The notes: generated from the sequence alone by a model not told the origin. DNA of 57,130 nt from an uncultured archaeon (GCA_964373665.1 CAYJVM010000004.1:1-57130), one strand, 5' to 3'. Numbered from the stretch's first letter, positions 28,393 through 37,760 are shown. Made by a program: numbers and translations.

Positions 28393-28544
28393 TGCAGGGG
28401 GCGAGATTTGAACTCGCGAAGAGACTAACTCACGAGGTATCTTCATCTTTTATCAGAGCTTAATTCAGTCTGATGCTTAAGCATCGCTTAGGGAAAGTAA
28501 ACTATACCCCTCTCGCGCCATTGACCAGACTAGGCGACCCCTGC
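28393..28544 (-). tRNA. tRNA-Leu (probably TAA) with about 66 nt of intron sequence; two-intron model (28483-28511 and 28439-28475)
   Basis: Acceptor GCAGGGG/CCCCTGC-A; D-arm GCCTAGTCTGGTCAATGGC; long variable arm; T-arm GCGAG-TTCAAAT-CTCGC; removing both segments gives CGAGG-CTTAAGA-CCTCG. Confidence 0.8.
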
Positions 28545-28612
28545 GTAATAAGTTATGTTGACTGTAACTTTAATTAATTTCGCTTTACTGGACTTGCATA
28601 TATTTGTCGTAA

Positions 28613-28867
28613 TCAGACTGCAATTCTTAAAACAGGCAATAAAATATAGAAGGTAATCAGACCGGTTCTTACTAAAAGTCTCTGTGTCCTTATTGGTATT
28701 TTACTTGTTTTGTCAACTATCCAATGAGCGTCCAATTTGTCCCACATAAACAAAGCGTAAACTGCAAGGATGCCTGTGCTTAGCAGGACTTCGTTATAAC
28801 TAGGCACTGTGGAAACTAAAAGCCAAATGCCTATCGCGAACATTAGTATGTGGTGAAATGAAATCAT
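28613..28867 (-). CDS. Small membrane protein
   Basis: 84 aa, hydrophobic. Confidence 0.5.
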   Translation of the reverse strand: MISFHHILMFAIGIWLLVSTVPSYNEVLLSTGILAVYALFMWDKLDAHWIVDKTSKIPIRTQRLLVRTGLITFYILLPVLRIAV

Positions 28868-28896
28868 AAGCAGGTTACCGACGTATTTTCTGGCGA

Positions 28897-29169
28897 CTAA
28901 GTAAATTTCTTATCGCTAATTATGTAAACTAGTCCTAAAATCTGCGAGCCTAGACCAGAGACTGCCAGCAAAGTTCCTGCAATAATGTTCAGTACATTGT
29001 ACTTCATTGCGAATAATGAGAACAACGCAACTATAATGCAGACCGCCATAGAATGGGCACTAAATGCGTATGTCCACCAAAGTTTTTTCTTGATAGCTCG
29101 TTTGTAAGGGATTAATGTATAAGGCAAGGAAATTAAAGAAAACAAGGGGATTGCAACTTCAAAGGACAT
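28897..29169 (-). CDS. Small membrane protein
   Basis: 90 aa, three hydrophobic segments. Confidence 0.5.
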   Translation of the reverse strand: MSFEVAIPLFSLISLPYTLIPYKRAIKKKLWWTYAFSAHSMAVCIIVALFSLFAMKYNVLNIIAGTLLAVSGLGSQILGLVYIISDKKFT

Positions 29170-29182
29170 AACCCAGTTATTC

Positions 29183-29941
29183 TTATTTCAACTTCTTAAT
29201 TATCTTGTCAAAATCCTTTACCTTCTCTTCCAGAATCTTTGCAGAATCAGAAACAATTTCATCAACATCAAGACCCGATACGGGTTCGACATTGAATATG
29301 AAACTGTCGTTAAGAGGTTTAAAGTCGTCCCCGTCTTCATTCAAGGATTTGCACAAGCCGCACTCGACAGGTGTTACTTCAGTTCCCTTCACATCTTTGA
29401 CATGGTGCAGATGTTTTTTGCATAGCTTCATTTGGGATGCCTTTGACTTGGAGTCAAACAAGCTTGAATATCCAACTATTGCACCCTGCCATTTCGAGTG
29501 TTCTTTTCCATATCCAAGAGTCGCTACAGCCTCGAATTCAATATCCTGCCCCTCGAACAGCTCTGTTATTGGAATATTGTCGAAGACAGGAACTATGTCC
29601 TTTGCCCTGGCTTTCAGATCTCCTGAATAAACTATTCCAGGACCCTTCTTCTTAAGGGTCACTTTCACCTGGCACAAACTGCAGCCTTTGCCGTCGCACT
29701 TGCATTCTTTTGTCACGTTGTAGCCTTTTTTGTCGAATTTCAAAGGCACTTGACCAAGTCTGTTCGCGACAATTTCGTCATTCAATGCAGAGTCGTTCTT
29801 TACAAAATCGACATACTCTATAGCCATCGTAGGAATCTCCGACATCATTATTCTGCGGAGTTCGTTTGCAAAAGGGAACTGGACGCCCTCTAAGAGGAAC
29901 CTTATTTCACCCTCTGTCTTGTCGACCAATTGAAGTTTCAT
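29183..29941 (-). CDS. rpoD: DNA-directed RNA polymerase subunit D (Rpo3)
   Basis: FANELRRIMMSEIPTMAIE, NDSALNDE and GYGKEHSKW motifs. Confidence 0.96.
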   Translation of the reverse strand: MKLQLVDKTEGEIRFLLEGVQFPFANELRRIMMSEIPTMAIEYVDFVKNDSALNDEIVANRLGQVPLKFDKKGYNVTKECKCDGKGCSLCQVKVTLKKKGPGIVYSGDLKARAKDIVPVFDNIPITELFEGQDIEFEAVATLGYGKEHSKWQGAIVGYSSLFDSKSKASQMKLCKKHLHHVKDVKGTEVTPVECGLCKSLNEDGDDFKPLNDSFIFNVEPVSGLDVDEIVSDSAKILEEKVKDFDKIIKKLK

Positions 29942-29990
29942 GACATCACAAATTAACAGTTCTAGTTGGGTTTTGAAACAATTTAAGGCT

Positions 29991-30206
29991 TTACTTGGGC
30001 CACTTGAGGAACTTGAGGTAATGAAGAACATCGTTGCTCAACGATTTTTTTTTGCTCTTCGCGTAGCTCAGAAGAAACACTAGTGCTGTTCCGCCAAGCA
30101 GCAAAGACATGAATTTTAGGAAATCGGCACCTGTTAATTCGTGTGCAATTCCTATTCCAAAGCTGCTTAGTAAACCAAGTTTTCCTAAAGTTGCTAACAT
30201 TTCCAT
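29991..30206 (-). CDS. Small hydrophobic hypothetical protein between rps11 and rpoD
   Basis: Two hydrophobic segments and a basic tail. Confidence 0.4.
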   Translation of the reverse strand: MEMLATLGKLGLLSSFGIGIAHELTGADFLKFMSLLLGGTALVFLLSYAKSKKKSLSNDVLHYLKFLKWPK

Positions 30207-30415
30207 TAGACCACTAAGTTCAATAGAACTTTGATGGGAGTAAATACATTTAAATGTTACTGTTTTTCTAGAAAAAATTTATCCGGATTTTAACTTTTTT
30301 GGCGCGATAAAGTCAGATTTTTGTTTTTATACCTTATAATAAGGCCTAGATTGGCTTGTTTTTTCTTAAGACGTGAGAAACGAGACCTAAAAAGTTATGT
30401 ATTGTTGATAATTGC

Positions 30416-30826
30416 TCAAACGCGTCTTCCGAGGCGTCCTCCTTTCTTCCTAAGATGCCCATGAGTTACAGGTGTTATATCTTCAATGACGCCAATCCTT
30501 AATCCTGCTCTTGCCAATGCTCTTATTGCCGGCTGCGCACCCATTCCTGGAGATTTCGAATACTGTGATCCTCTTGCGCGAACTCTAATATGAATTCCAG
30601 TTATTCCTTGCGCAACTGCAGCCTCTGCTGCCTTCCTCGCTGCCAGCATTGCCGGGAACGGCATTCCACCATCCCTGTCCTTATCTGTCATCATCCCTGC
30701 GGAAAATCTTGATATAGTCTCGCTTCCCGTGATGTCTGTTATATGTACTATAGTATTGTTCGAAGTGCTGTAGACGTTTGCAACTCCCCACTTTTCTTCT
30801 TTATTCGACTGCCGCTTTTCTTCCAT
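30416..30826 (-). CDS. rps11: Ribosomal protein uS11
   Basis: [26 protein letters not shown] and [10 protein letters not shown] motifs. Confidence 0.98.
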   Translation of the reverse strand: MEEKRQSNKEEKWGVANVYSTSNNTIVHITDITGSETISRFSAGMMTDKDRDGGMPFPAMLAARKAAEAAVAQGITGIHIRVRARGSQYSKSPGMGAQPAIRALARAGLRIGVIEDITPVTHGHLRKKGGRLGRRV

Positions 30827-31307
30827 TCATCTCATCTCTTTGTTTTATAACAACATTTGTCATAACTGTGATGTTATCTTCTTCGTCGATAGGAACTATG
30901 TAGCTCGGGAATTTAACTTTCCTGTTCTTTATCAGAACCTTGCCGTGCGTTATGAACTGGCGTGCCTGCTTCGTCGTGTTGGCGAGGCTCTTCTTGTATA
31001 TAACTGTCTCCAATCTCCTGTTTAGAAAATCTTCTATAGTCAAACCTAAAACATCATCCAGTGTAGACTCTTTCTTTAGAATTCCCAGTTTAGCAAGTTT
31101 CTCAATTATGATCCTCTCCGTCTCCTCATTCCTCTTCGCTGCAAGTTCACGCGCAAGCTTCCTGTATTTTCTCAATAAAGATGCTGTCCTCCATATTTCT
31201 TTCTTGTTCTTCAGTCCGAATTTCTTCATGACATCTTTTTCAGACTGGATCCTTTCCTTGTCCCACGGTCTCTTCGGCGTATGATATGCTTTTCTTTGCC
31301 TCTTCAT
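30801..31307 (-). CDS. rps4: Ribosomal protein uS4
   Basis: [21 protein letters not shown] and QARQFITHG motifs. Confidence 0.97.
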   Translation of the reverse strand: MKRQRKAYHTPKRPWDKERIQSEKDVMKKFGLKNKKEIWRTASLLRKYRKLARELAAKRNEETERIIIEKLAKLGILKKESTLDDVLGLTIEDFLNRRLETVIYKKSLANTTKQARQFITHGKVLIKNRKVKFPSYIVPIDEEDNITVMTNVVIKQRDEMNGRKAAVE

Positions 31308-31322
31308 GCTTTCTCACTTATA

Positions 31323-31379
31323 CCTGAGAACGCTGGCAACTTCCTTGGAAATCACAACATCCTTCTTCAGAACTGTCGA
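31323..31379 (-). repeat. 57-bp perfect inverted copy of rplP0 coding sequence (33194-33250)
   Basis: Reverse complement is TCGACAGTTCTGAAGAAGGATGTTGTGATTTCCAAGGAAGTTGCCAGCGTTCTCAGG, identical to 33194-33250. Confidence 0.95.
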
Positions 31380-31428
31380 CCATATTCTTGCATCAATGAT
31401 ATGAGATACGTCTTTTCTGTCCATTATA

Positions 31429-32037
31429 TCACTTCTTCTCTGGCGTCTTTGCTGGCGTTGCTGCAGGTGCGGCTCCCGCCTTTTGCGCGGTGCCTTGCTG
31501 AACCTGTTTCCTCATAACACCGACCGCCCTGCCCTTCTGCCTGAAAGTGCTTCTGGTTCTTTGTCCTCTTACAGGCTGACCGAACATGTGCCTCCATCCA
31601 CGATAAGTTTTGAGGTCGACATACCTTTGTATGTCGAATTTCCTAGCAATATCCAAGTCTGAGCTTGTAAGATGAATGTCTTGGCCTGTAGCCATATCAC
31701 GTTGCCTATTAATAAGAAATTTTGGTATCCCTGCCTGCATAGGGTTTTTAACAGTGGTTTCGATTTTTCCCAGCTGTTCCTCGCTTAGAGTGTGTAATTT
31801 CGCATTAGGGTCTATCCCGGCAACAGCGCACACAAAATTACTAAAGTTATAGCCAACGCCCTTGATCTTTCTCAATGCCCTGACAACCGGTTTGTCTCCA
31901 TCAAGATCAGTGCCAACTACACGAATGACCTGTTTCAGGCCAATCTGCCTAGTCTCAGGTCTCTTTTTCTCATCCTTTTTCTGCTTTTCATCCTCTTTCT
32001 TTGCCGGGTCCTTTACCTTTGTTTTTTTCGATCCCAT
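31429..32037 (-). CDS. rps13: Ribosomal protein uS13
   Basis: YRGWRHMFGQPVRGQRTRS motif. Confidence 0.97.
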   Translation of the reverse strand: MGSKKTKVKDPAKKEDEKQKKDEKKRPETRQIGLKQVIRVVGTDLDGDKPVVRALRKIKGVGYNFSNFVCAVAGIDPNAKLHTLSEEQLGKIETTVKNPMQAGIPKFLINRQRDMATGQDIHLTSSDLDIARKFDIQRYVDLKTYRGWRHMFGQPVRGQRTRSTFRQKGRAVGVMRKQVQQGTAQKAGAAPAATPAKTPEKK

Positions 32038-32120
32038 ATTACCCTCTAAAATCTAAATCTATTTAAATTTAAACCTTATAAAATCTATTCCAGGGCCCAT
32101 TATACTGCCTAGGCAGGAGG

Positions 32121-32747
32121 GTGTTTATGAGAGACGATATATTAAAAGCATTGCAGTCGCTAAGGAATGCGCAAGACAAAAGGAACTTTACGCAGAGTAT
32201 TGACCTTATCGTCACGTTCAAAGAGATCGACCTCAAAAAACCAGAGAGCAAGTTTTCGGAAGACCTTGTTTTGCCGCATGGAAGGGGTAGGGATGCGCAG
32301 GTTGTTGTTTTTTCCGACAACTTGAATGGGCTGGATTGCGATATCTTGGGCGGCGCCGACATACAGAAACTGGCAACTGACAAGAGGAATGCCAAGAAAA
32401 TGGGAAACAAGACCGACTTTTTCCTTTCTGAAGCTCAATTGATGCCAGTTATAGGCAAGGCGTTGGGTCAGGTTCTTGCGCCCAGAAATAAGATGCCAAA
32501 AGTTATAGCGGGGGATCCCAAAAGGCTTGTCGCCAATTATAAAAAGAGTGTGAGGCTGGTTGTCAAATCCGCTCCCGTAGTTCAGTGCACTGTAGGCAAG
32601 GAAGACATGAAAGACGATTTGATAGTTGACAACGTAGCAGAAATACTCAAGTTTTTGGAATCAAAATTGCCGCGGGGAAGGCAGAACATTGGGAAGGCGC
32701 TTTTGAAGTTTACTATGGGCACACCAGTGAAAATAGGGGTGAATTGA
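32121..32747 (+). CDS. rpl1: Ribosomal protein uL1
   Basis: RNFTQSIDLIV, LGQVLAPRNKMP and KFTMG motifs. Confidence 0.96.
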   Translation: MFMRDDILKALQSLRNAQDKRNFTQSIDLIVTFKEIDLKKPESKFSEDLVLPHGRGRDAQVVVFSDNLNGLDCDILGGADIQKLATDKRNAKKMGNKTDFFLSEAQLMPVIGKALGQVLAPRNKMPKVIAGDPKRLVANYKKSVRLVVKSAPVVQCTVGKEDMKDDLIVDNVAEILKFLESKLPRGRQNIGKALLKFTMGTPVKIGVN

Positions 32748-33490
32748 TGGCGAGTAAATCTAAAGAAAAGGAGCTCCAGTCGCTGAAGCAGCTTTTGGCC
32801 AGCCATAAAACTGTGGGTCTTGTTGATATGATTAAGATGCCGACGAAGCAGCTACAAGAAATCAAGAAAACATTGGGCGATGAAGCGATTATAAAAATCG
32901 GTAAAAAGTCTTTAATCCAAATGGCCATCAAGGAATCGAAATTCAGTGATTTGACGGACAAGCTGCCGAAGCAACCTGCGATAATATTTTCCAATTCTGA
33001 GCCTTTCTCAATTTTCAAGAAAATAAATTCGATGAGATTCAAAACATATGCGAAGGAAGGGGATATTGCGCTTTACGACGTAGCAGTCCAGCCAGGCCCG
33101 ACTGAATTGTTGCCCGGCCCGGCTATCAGCGAGCTTCAGAAGGTGGGAATAATAGCTGGTGTTGAAGGTGGGAAGATTGCTGTGAAAAAGGCTTCGACAG
33201 TTCTGAAGAAGGATGTTGTGATTTCCAAGGAAGTTGCCAGCGTTCTCAGGAAACTGAAGGTGCAGACAGCGGAAGTGAAGCTGAAGGTAGAGTCATTCTA
33301 TGACGGCATATTGTACCCTAAAGATGCATTAGAACTGGTTGAGACATATCCTAATAGGTTAAGGGATATAATCAGGGAAGACTTGACATTTTCCATCACA
33401 ATTGGTTATCCGACAAGGGAAAACATTAAATACTTGATATCGAAAGTAAATCAACAGGAAAAATCTCTGGAAACTAGATTGGTGAAATAA
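32744..33490 (+). CDS. rplP0: Ribosomal protein uL10 (P0), C-terminally short
   Basis: GPTELLPGPAISELQKVGI...EGGKIAV; L1-L10-L12 order. Confidence 0.93.
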   Translation: MMASKSKEKELQSLKQLLASHKTVGLVDMIKMPTKQLQEIKKTLGDEAIIKIGKKSLIQMAIKESKFSDLTDKLPKQPAIIFSNSEPFSIFKKINSMRFKTYAKEGDIALYDVAVQPGPTELLPGPAISELQKVGIIAGVEGGKIAVKKASTVLKKDVVISKEVASVLRKLKVQTAEVKLKVESFYDGILYPKDALELVETYPNRLRDIIREDLTFSITIGYPTRENIKYLISKVNQQEKSLETRLVK

Positions 33491-33787
33491 ATGATGGAGT
33501 TAAGAGCCGCATTAATATTACATGAAAGCAAGCATGAGATTAATGAAGGGAATGTAAAGAAGATTTTGGAGAGTGCTGGAGCTCAAGTTGATGATGCAAA
33601 GGTCAAGGCGCTTGTTGCAAGTCTTGAAGGAGTAAATATCGATGATGCTTTAAAGGAATCTGTTTCTTTTGGCGCGGCCGCGCCTGCAGCTGGTGCAACT
33701 GAGAAGAAGGAAGAGAAGAAAGACGTGGAAGAAGATGCCAAGGCGGCCGAGCAAGCATCTGCTGGATTAAGTTCATTGTTCGGTTAG
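33491..33787 (+). CDS. rpl12: Ribosomal stalk protein P1 (L12)
   Basis: Ala-rich hinge and C-terminal GLSSLFG. Confidence 0.96.
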   Translation: MMELRAALILHESKHEINEGNVKKILESAGAQVDDAKVKALVASLEGVNIDDALKESVSFGAAAPAAGATEKKEEKKDVEEDAKAAEQASAGLSSLFG

Positions 33788-34031
33788 ATTTTCCCACAAA
33801 GTGATATTAAATCAGATATAAACTTGTTTGAATATTCATAAAGATCCATTTGTTGGATTATACACTGGCACTACTAATCCTAATTTTAATAGGAATTGGT
33901 AAGTATGTGCTTGAAGTCACCGAGCGGTAGACCGATATGTGATATCATTTGATTGCTGTATTTGGTGTTATACTTAAATTGTTGAATCTAAAAACAAGCA
34001 ACTTTAAGAACTTTACTGGGTAACGAATTTT

Positions 34032-34652
34032 ATGCAGCGATTACTAGATTTAGGCGAGAAAATAAATGACGTGAAATTAAGGCAAAATGTCATTGAACTT
34101 ATCAAAAATCCTGAACTATCCAACCCTAATTTCAAGAAATATCCGAAGGAAGACTTGGAGAATGTGAAGACGCCGTTTTCTGTGGGCGATGCTGGAATCG
34201 CAATCAGGGAGGTTGTGAATCACACAGTCACTAATACAGAACTGTGTATTAGTATAGCCGAAATTTTTGAGAAGAACTATGGAATTAAGGTAGACAAAGA
34301 TGTTCTGGTCGCTGGTTCATTGCTTCATGACATAATGAAAGTCTATGAATGGAGAATTGATGAGGATGGCGATCCAGTTCCAACAGGACTCAAGATGGAC
34401 CACGTTTTTCTAGGTGTTGCAGAGCTGTATGCAAGAGGATTCCCTGAAGAGGTAATACAAATTGTAGCGTCGACAAGAGGCGATAGTTCTGCACCGAAGA
34501 GTATAGAGGCTTTGATTATGCACCATGTCGACACTTTGACTTCTGTTACCGAGTTTCTTGCGAACGTAAAGCCGAAGAAGCAACAGATGCCTGTGATAGT
34601 TCTGGACGAGGAGACATTCAAGAAAATGAAAGAGTCCGAAGGGAAGGAATAA
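34032..34652 (+). CDS. HD-domain protein
   Basis: NHT...GSLLHDIMK...DH motifs. Confidence 0.85.
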   Translation: MQRLLDLGEKINDVKLRQNVIELIKNPELSNPNFKKYPKEDLENVKTPFSVGDAGIAIREVVNHTVTNTELCISIAEIFEKNYGIKVDKDVLVAGSLLHDIMKVYEWRIDEDGDPVPTGLKMDHVFLGVAELYARGFPEEVIQIVASTRGDSSAPKSIEALIMHHVDTLTSVTEFLANVKPKKQQMPVIVLDEETFKKMKESEGKE

Positions 34653-34734
34653 GTATTTGTGGGTTTAAATTCCGCGCCAATCCATCTAGTCTTCAGACTC
34701 GTTAGTATTATTAGATTGATGTTTAACTTTATTT

Positions 34735-35835
34735 ATGGAAAAGTTGATATCGGAAACTTTAAAGCCTGGTTTACAATTCATCAACATCATCAAACCAAAG
34801 GACAGGGTAGCGATTATACACGGGCATGACAACGACAGTATATGCTCGGCTGCCATAATCTACAAGCTTTTGAAGAATATGCACGGTATCGAAAGTGACT
34901 TGTTGGTGTCTGACTTGAATTCGGAGGTCACAGAAAGTGTTCTCGTGGGGATAAGGAGGATGAAGTCAAAGCATGTCATCATTGTTGACATAGGATCTGT
35001 CGGTGTCACGATCTTGACAGAGCTAAGAAAAACCGCGGAAATTCTTATTATCGACCATCATATGCCAAAAGGCTATGTGAAGATTTCTTACGTGAATCCA
35101 CGAATACACGACAAGGAGGCTTACATACCTGCAACTTACCTCTGCTACAAACTTTATGAGAACTATCTTGATGTAAAGGGTATTTTGTGGATTGCTGGGA
35201 TTGGGACTTTATCCGATATGGGATTGAAAAATTGCAATGACTTGTTTGAGGCGATAAAGAAGGGTGAAAAGGAATTGATTGGCGACAATGAGAACGTTGA
35301 TGAAAAGCTTTTCGACAATGCGCTTCTTGGGAAACTGGCAAAAATTTTTGATAGCGGAAGGAGCGTGGATGGTATTGATGGTGCTGTGGTTGCATTGAAA
35401 GCATTGCTCAAGTCTGGAACTTACCAAGACGCATTGTCCGGTAAAAATGCTGAAGCCGAGAAGCTTTTGAAATTCCATATCAAGTCGGAGAAAGAGTTCG
35501 ACAGACTTGTGAAGGATTTTGAGAAACGTAAGAAACGTGTTAAGAACCTTGTTTTGTATGAAGTGAAATCTAAACTTAACATGAAGTCTCCTCTGGCGAC
35601 ATTCCTATCAAAGTTGATGAAGAACGAAGTTTTGGTCATTTATCAAAAGTCTGGCAAACAGATTGAAGTGAGTTTTAGACGCGGGCTTGCGTCAAAGACT
35701 GATCTGGCGCAGCTTTCTGCAAGATCGGTTCAAGGACTGCCAAATTCCAACGGCGGCGGGCATATACAAGCTGCTGGTGCAAGATTTGATAGAAACTACT
35801 TGAGCAAGTTTTTGCGGAATTTGAAATCTTTTTAA
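34735..35835 (+). CDS. DHH family phosphoesterase (RecJ-like)
   Basis: HDNDSICS, IIDHH and GGGHIQAAG motifs. Confidence 0.9.
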   Translation: MEKLISETLKPGLQFINIIKPKDRVAIIHGHDNDSICSAAIIYKLLKNMHGIESDLLVSDLNSEVTESVLVGIRRMKSKHVIIVDIGSVGVTILTELRKTAEILIIDHHMPKGYVKISYVNPRIHDKEAYIPATYLCYKLYENYLDVKGILWIAGIGTLSDMGLKNCNDLFEAIKKGEKELIGDNENVDEKLFDNALLGKLAKIFDSGRSVDGIDGAVVALKALLKSGTYQDALSGKNAEAEKLLKFHIKSEKEFDRLVKDFEKRKKRVKNLVLYEVKSKLNMKSPLATFLSKLMKNEVLVIYQKSGKQIEVSFRRGLASKTDLAQLSARSVQGLPNSNGGGHIQAAGARFDRNYLSKFLRNLKSF

Positions 35836-35858
35836 CTTTTTCTACACTTCTGTAAAGT

Positions 35859-36494
35859 ATGAAATTGTTTGCGTCTGATTTGCATGGAACAATAGTTTTC
35901 AACGACGAAGGTACACGTAGGGCTGTTAACGGAGCTTTGGAAAGTATGGGCTTGGAGGGAGATGTATCACTTCAGCTTATTAGAGAAGCTATGGGTCTTC
36001 CATGGAGTGATTACTTTACAAGTTTGTTTCCTGATGCAGAAGAAGGTGACATTAAAACATTTGTTGGGACAGTAAGAGAATTATCTAGATTGTATGAAAA
36101 CCGATATGAACGACTGATGTATCATGCTGCTGATGTACTTGCCGAGATCAAGTCGATGGGCTACAGAGTTGCTGTTGTGTCAATCTCCACACGACCAGCG
36201 ATAGAACGGTCCTTAAATCGGCATGGTCTTTCAAATTTAGTTGACGACGTGCTTGGTGTAGACGAGTCGATGGTAGGTGGATATGATATAGCCTGGCACA
36301 AAAGCAGACAACTTAGGGAATATATACAAAGAATGGATGCGGACAGATCTATTATGATAGGTGATAGAGAAGAAGACGTTGCGGCTGGATTATCCGCGGG
36401 TGCGATGACAATATACTTTAATCGAAGTGGTAGGTCAAATCCGCGTGCGATGTACTCTGTAAAAGACTGGAGAGAAGTTCTGCCGTTAGTTTGA
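35859..36494 (+). CDS. HAD family hydrolase
   Basis: SDLHGTI and MIGDREEDVAAG motifs. Confidence 0.85.
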   Translation: MKLFASDLHGTIVFNDEGTRRAVNGALESMGLEGDVSLQLIREAMGLPWSDYFTSLFPDAEEGDIKTFVGTVRELSRLYENRYERLMYHAADVLAEIKSMGYRVAVVSISTRPAIERSLNRHGLSNLVDDVLGVDESMVGGYDIAWHKSRQLREYIQRMDADRSIMIGDREEDVAAGLSAGAMTIYFNRSGRSNPRAMYSVKDWREVLPLV

Positions 36495-36656
36495 CTTTTA
36501 TAGGCATTAAACAAGAATTTGAGCGAGAATAAAGCAAAATAAGCCTTTTTAATAACAAAACAAAGCTTAGAATCCCTTCTTCACAAAATATGTGGGAAAT
36601 GTACTCCTCCGAAAGACAGGTATGTCAGTTTGACGAAATAATTACTGGTGCTTTAA

Positions 36657-36848
36657 ATGAAATGTTTCAAGTGTGGATCGATGAGGATGATGAAGTTTAT
36701 TGACGGCTTTAGCCAGAAAAGGGTGTTTTGCAGGGGCTGTTCGGGTAGCTTTTTAGAGTTCCCTGTGTTGGCATTCGGTGATCAGAAAAAGCTGGGTGAT
36801 TTCAACAACAGCCACTATAACACAAAGGCTATAATTAAGCACTTTTGA
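36657..36848 (+). CDS. Small zinc-ribbon protein
   Basis: CFKC...CRGC; GGTG upstream. Confidence 0.7.
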   Translation: MKCFKCGSMRMMKFIDGFSQKRVFCRGCSGSFLEFPVLAFGDQKKLGDFNNSHYNTKAIIKHF

Positions 36849-36860
36849 AGAGGTGATGAT

Positions 36861-36974
36861 ATGAAAGAAATTGCAACGATAAGTAAGACATTCCTGATCG
36901 ACAGAGACCAACGTAAGGTCAGAATCAACTACGTCGGAAAAGGAAGAATGTATGGATGTCTAGTTCCAGTATAG
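36861..36974 (+). CDS. 37-aa microprotein
   Basis: GAGGTGAT RBS; MKEIATISKTFLIDRDQRKVRINYVGKGRMYGCLVPV. Confidence 0.6.
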   Translation: MKEIATISKTFLIDRDQRKVRINYVGKGRMYGCLVPV

Positions 36975-36983
36975 GTGATTGCA

Positions 36984-37088
36984 ATGACCGCGAACTGTAT
37001 AATATGTGGGAGCAGTCATATGGATCTAGTTAGAAATTGTCTGGTAAGGTGTCCGTCATGCGGTTTTTTGGAGGGGAGTTGTTCCTAG
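36984..37088 (+). CDS. 34-aa Cys-rich zinc-finger microprotein
   Basis: AGGTGAT RBS; MTANCIICGSSHMDLVRNCLVRCPSCGFLEGSCS. Confidence 0.6.
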   Translation: MTANCIICGSSHMDLVRNCLVRCPSCGFLEGSCS

Positions 37089-37094
37089 TCCTTA

Positions 37095-37111
37095 TCCTCC
37101 TTTCTTTTTTT
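37095..37111 (+). terminator. Pyrimidine/T-rich archaeal terminator-like tract
   Basis: TCCTCCTTTCTTTTTTT directly after the microprotein cluster, convergent with hisB. Confidence 0.4.
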
Positions 37112-37727
37112 ATAATGAGCCTTTCGTGCTCGGAACTTCTGTGTACCCTTCTAGTCGCCTAGTCGCATCATAAACTGTTCTACCGAATAATTTACCCAGG
37201 AGCTCTACTTGGTGGTGTGGATCCCAGCCAGATGTTCTGGCATAAATGTCTATCCCGCCTTCTCTTGCCAGTCCTTGAAGGACATGATATACCATGGCAT
37301 ATGAAAGAGGGTCTATTCTTTCCAAGTCTTTAGATTCGAAATCAGAGTATCCGCGACCGCTCAAATCTATAGCCATTTCACCAACATTGCCTTCAAATGG
37401 CCATTTTAGATAGCTAACTCGACTGATTCCCACCTTATCGCCAAATGCTGACCTGTAAGCACCACCTAATGCCAACGACGTATCTTCGTATAAATGGTGA
37501 ACAAGTCCGTCCTTGCATGTCGCTGTGCCTGAGATATCTTGGTGCCCATGCCTAGCTACCTGATTAAGAAAATGGTTGAATAAAGCCAATGTTCTTGGTG
37601 ACTCTTCAGTTCGTCCGTCTATCACCAAGTCATATATGCCTTGGCCATCCATATTAACCTTTAATTGAATTTCAACTTCATGCGTATCCCTATGTACTTC
37701 GCCGGTTCTATCTACCATAAACACCAC
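37110..37727 (-). CDS. hisB: Imidazoleglycerol-phosphate dehydratase (divergent)
   Basis: RDTHEV, HHLYED, IDLSGRG, HHQVE and VPSTKGSL motifs. Confidence 0.85.
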   Translation of the reverse strand: MVFMVDRTGEVHRDTHEVEIQLKVNMDGQGIYDLVIDGRTEESPRTLALFNHFLNQVARHGHQDISGTATCKDGLVHHLYEDTSLALGGAYRSAFGDKVGISRVSYLKWPFEGNVGEMAIDLSGRGYSDFESKDLERIDPLSYAMVYHVLQGLAREGGIDIYARTSGWDPHHQVELLGKLFGRTVYDATRRLEGYTEVPSTKGSL

Positions 37728-37760
37728 TAGAGAAATAAAGTTTTTAGTATCTATAAATAT

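Noticed and set aside
29942..30031. N-terminal extension of rpoD in the ORF track
   Set aside because: Homology to RpoD begins at MKLQLV (29941).
31308..31428. C/D box guide RNA in the rps13-rps4 spacer
   Set aside because: No convincing RUGAUGA/CUGA box arrangement; the inverted rplP0 copy explains the sequence better.
33790..34030. Possible gene or ncRNA after rpl12
   Set aside because: No ORF with a credible start or motif and no recognisable RNA family by eye.
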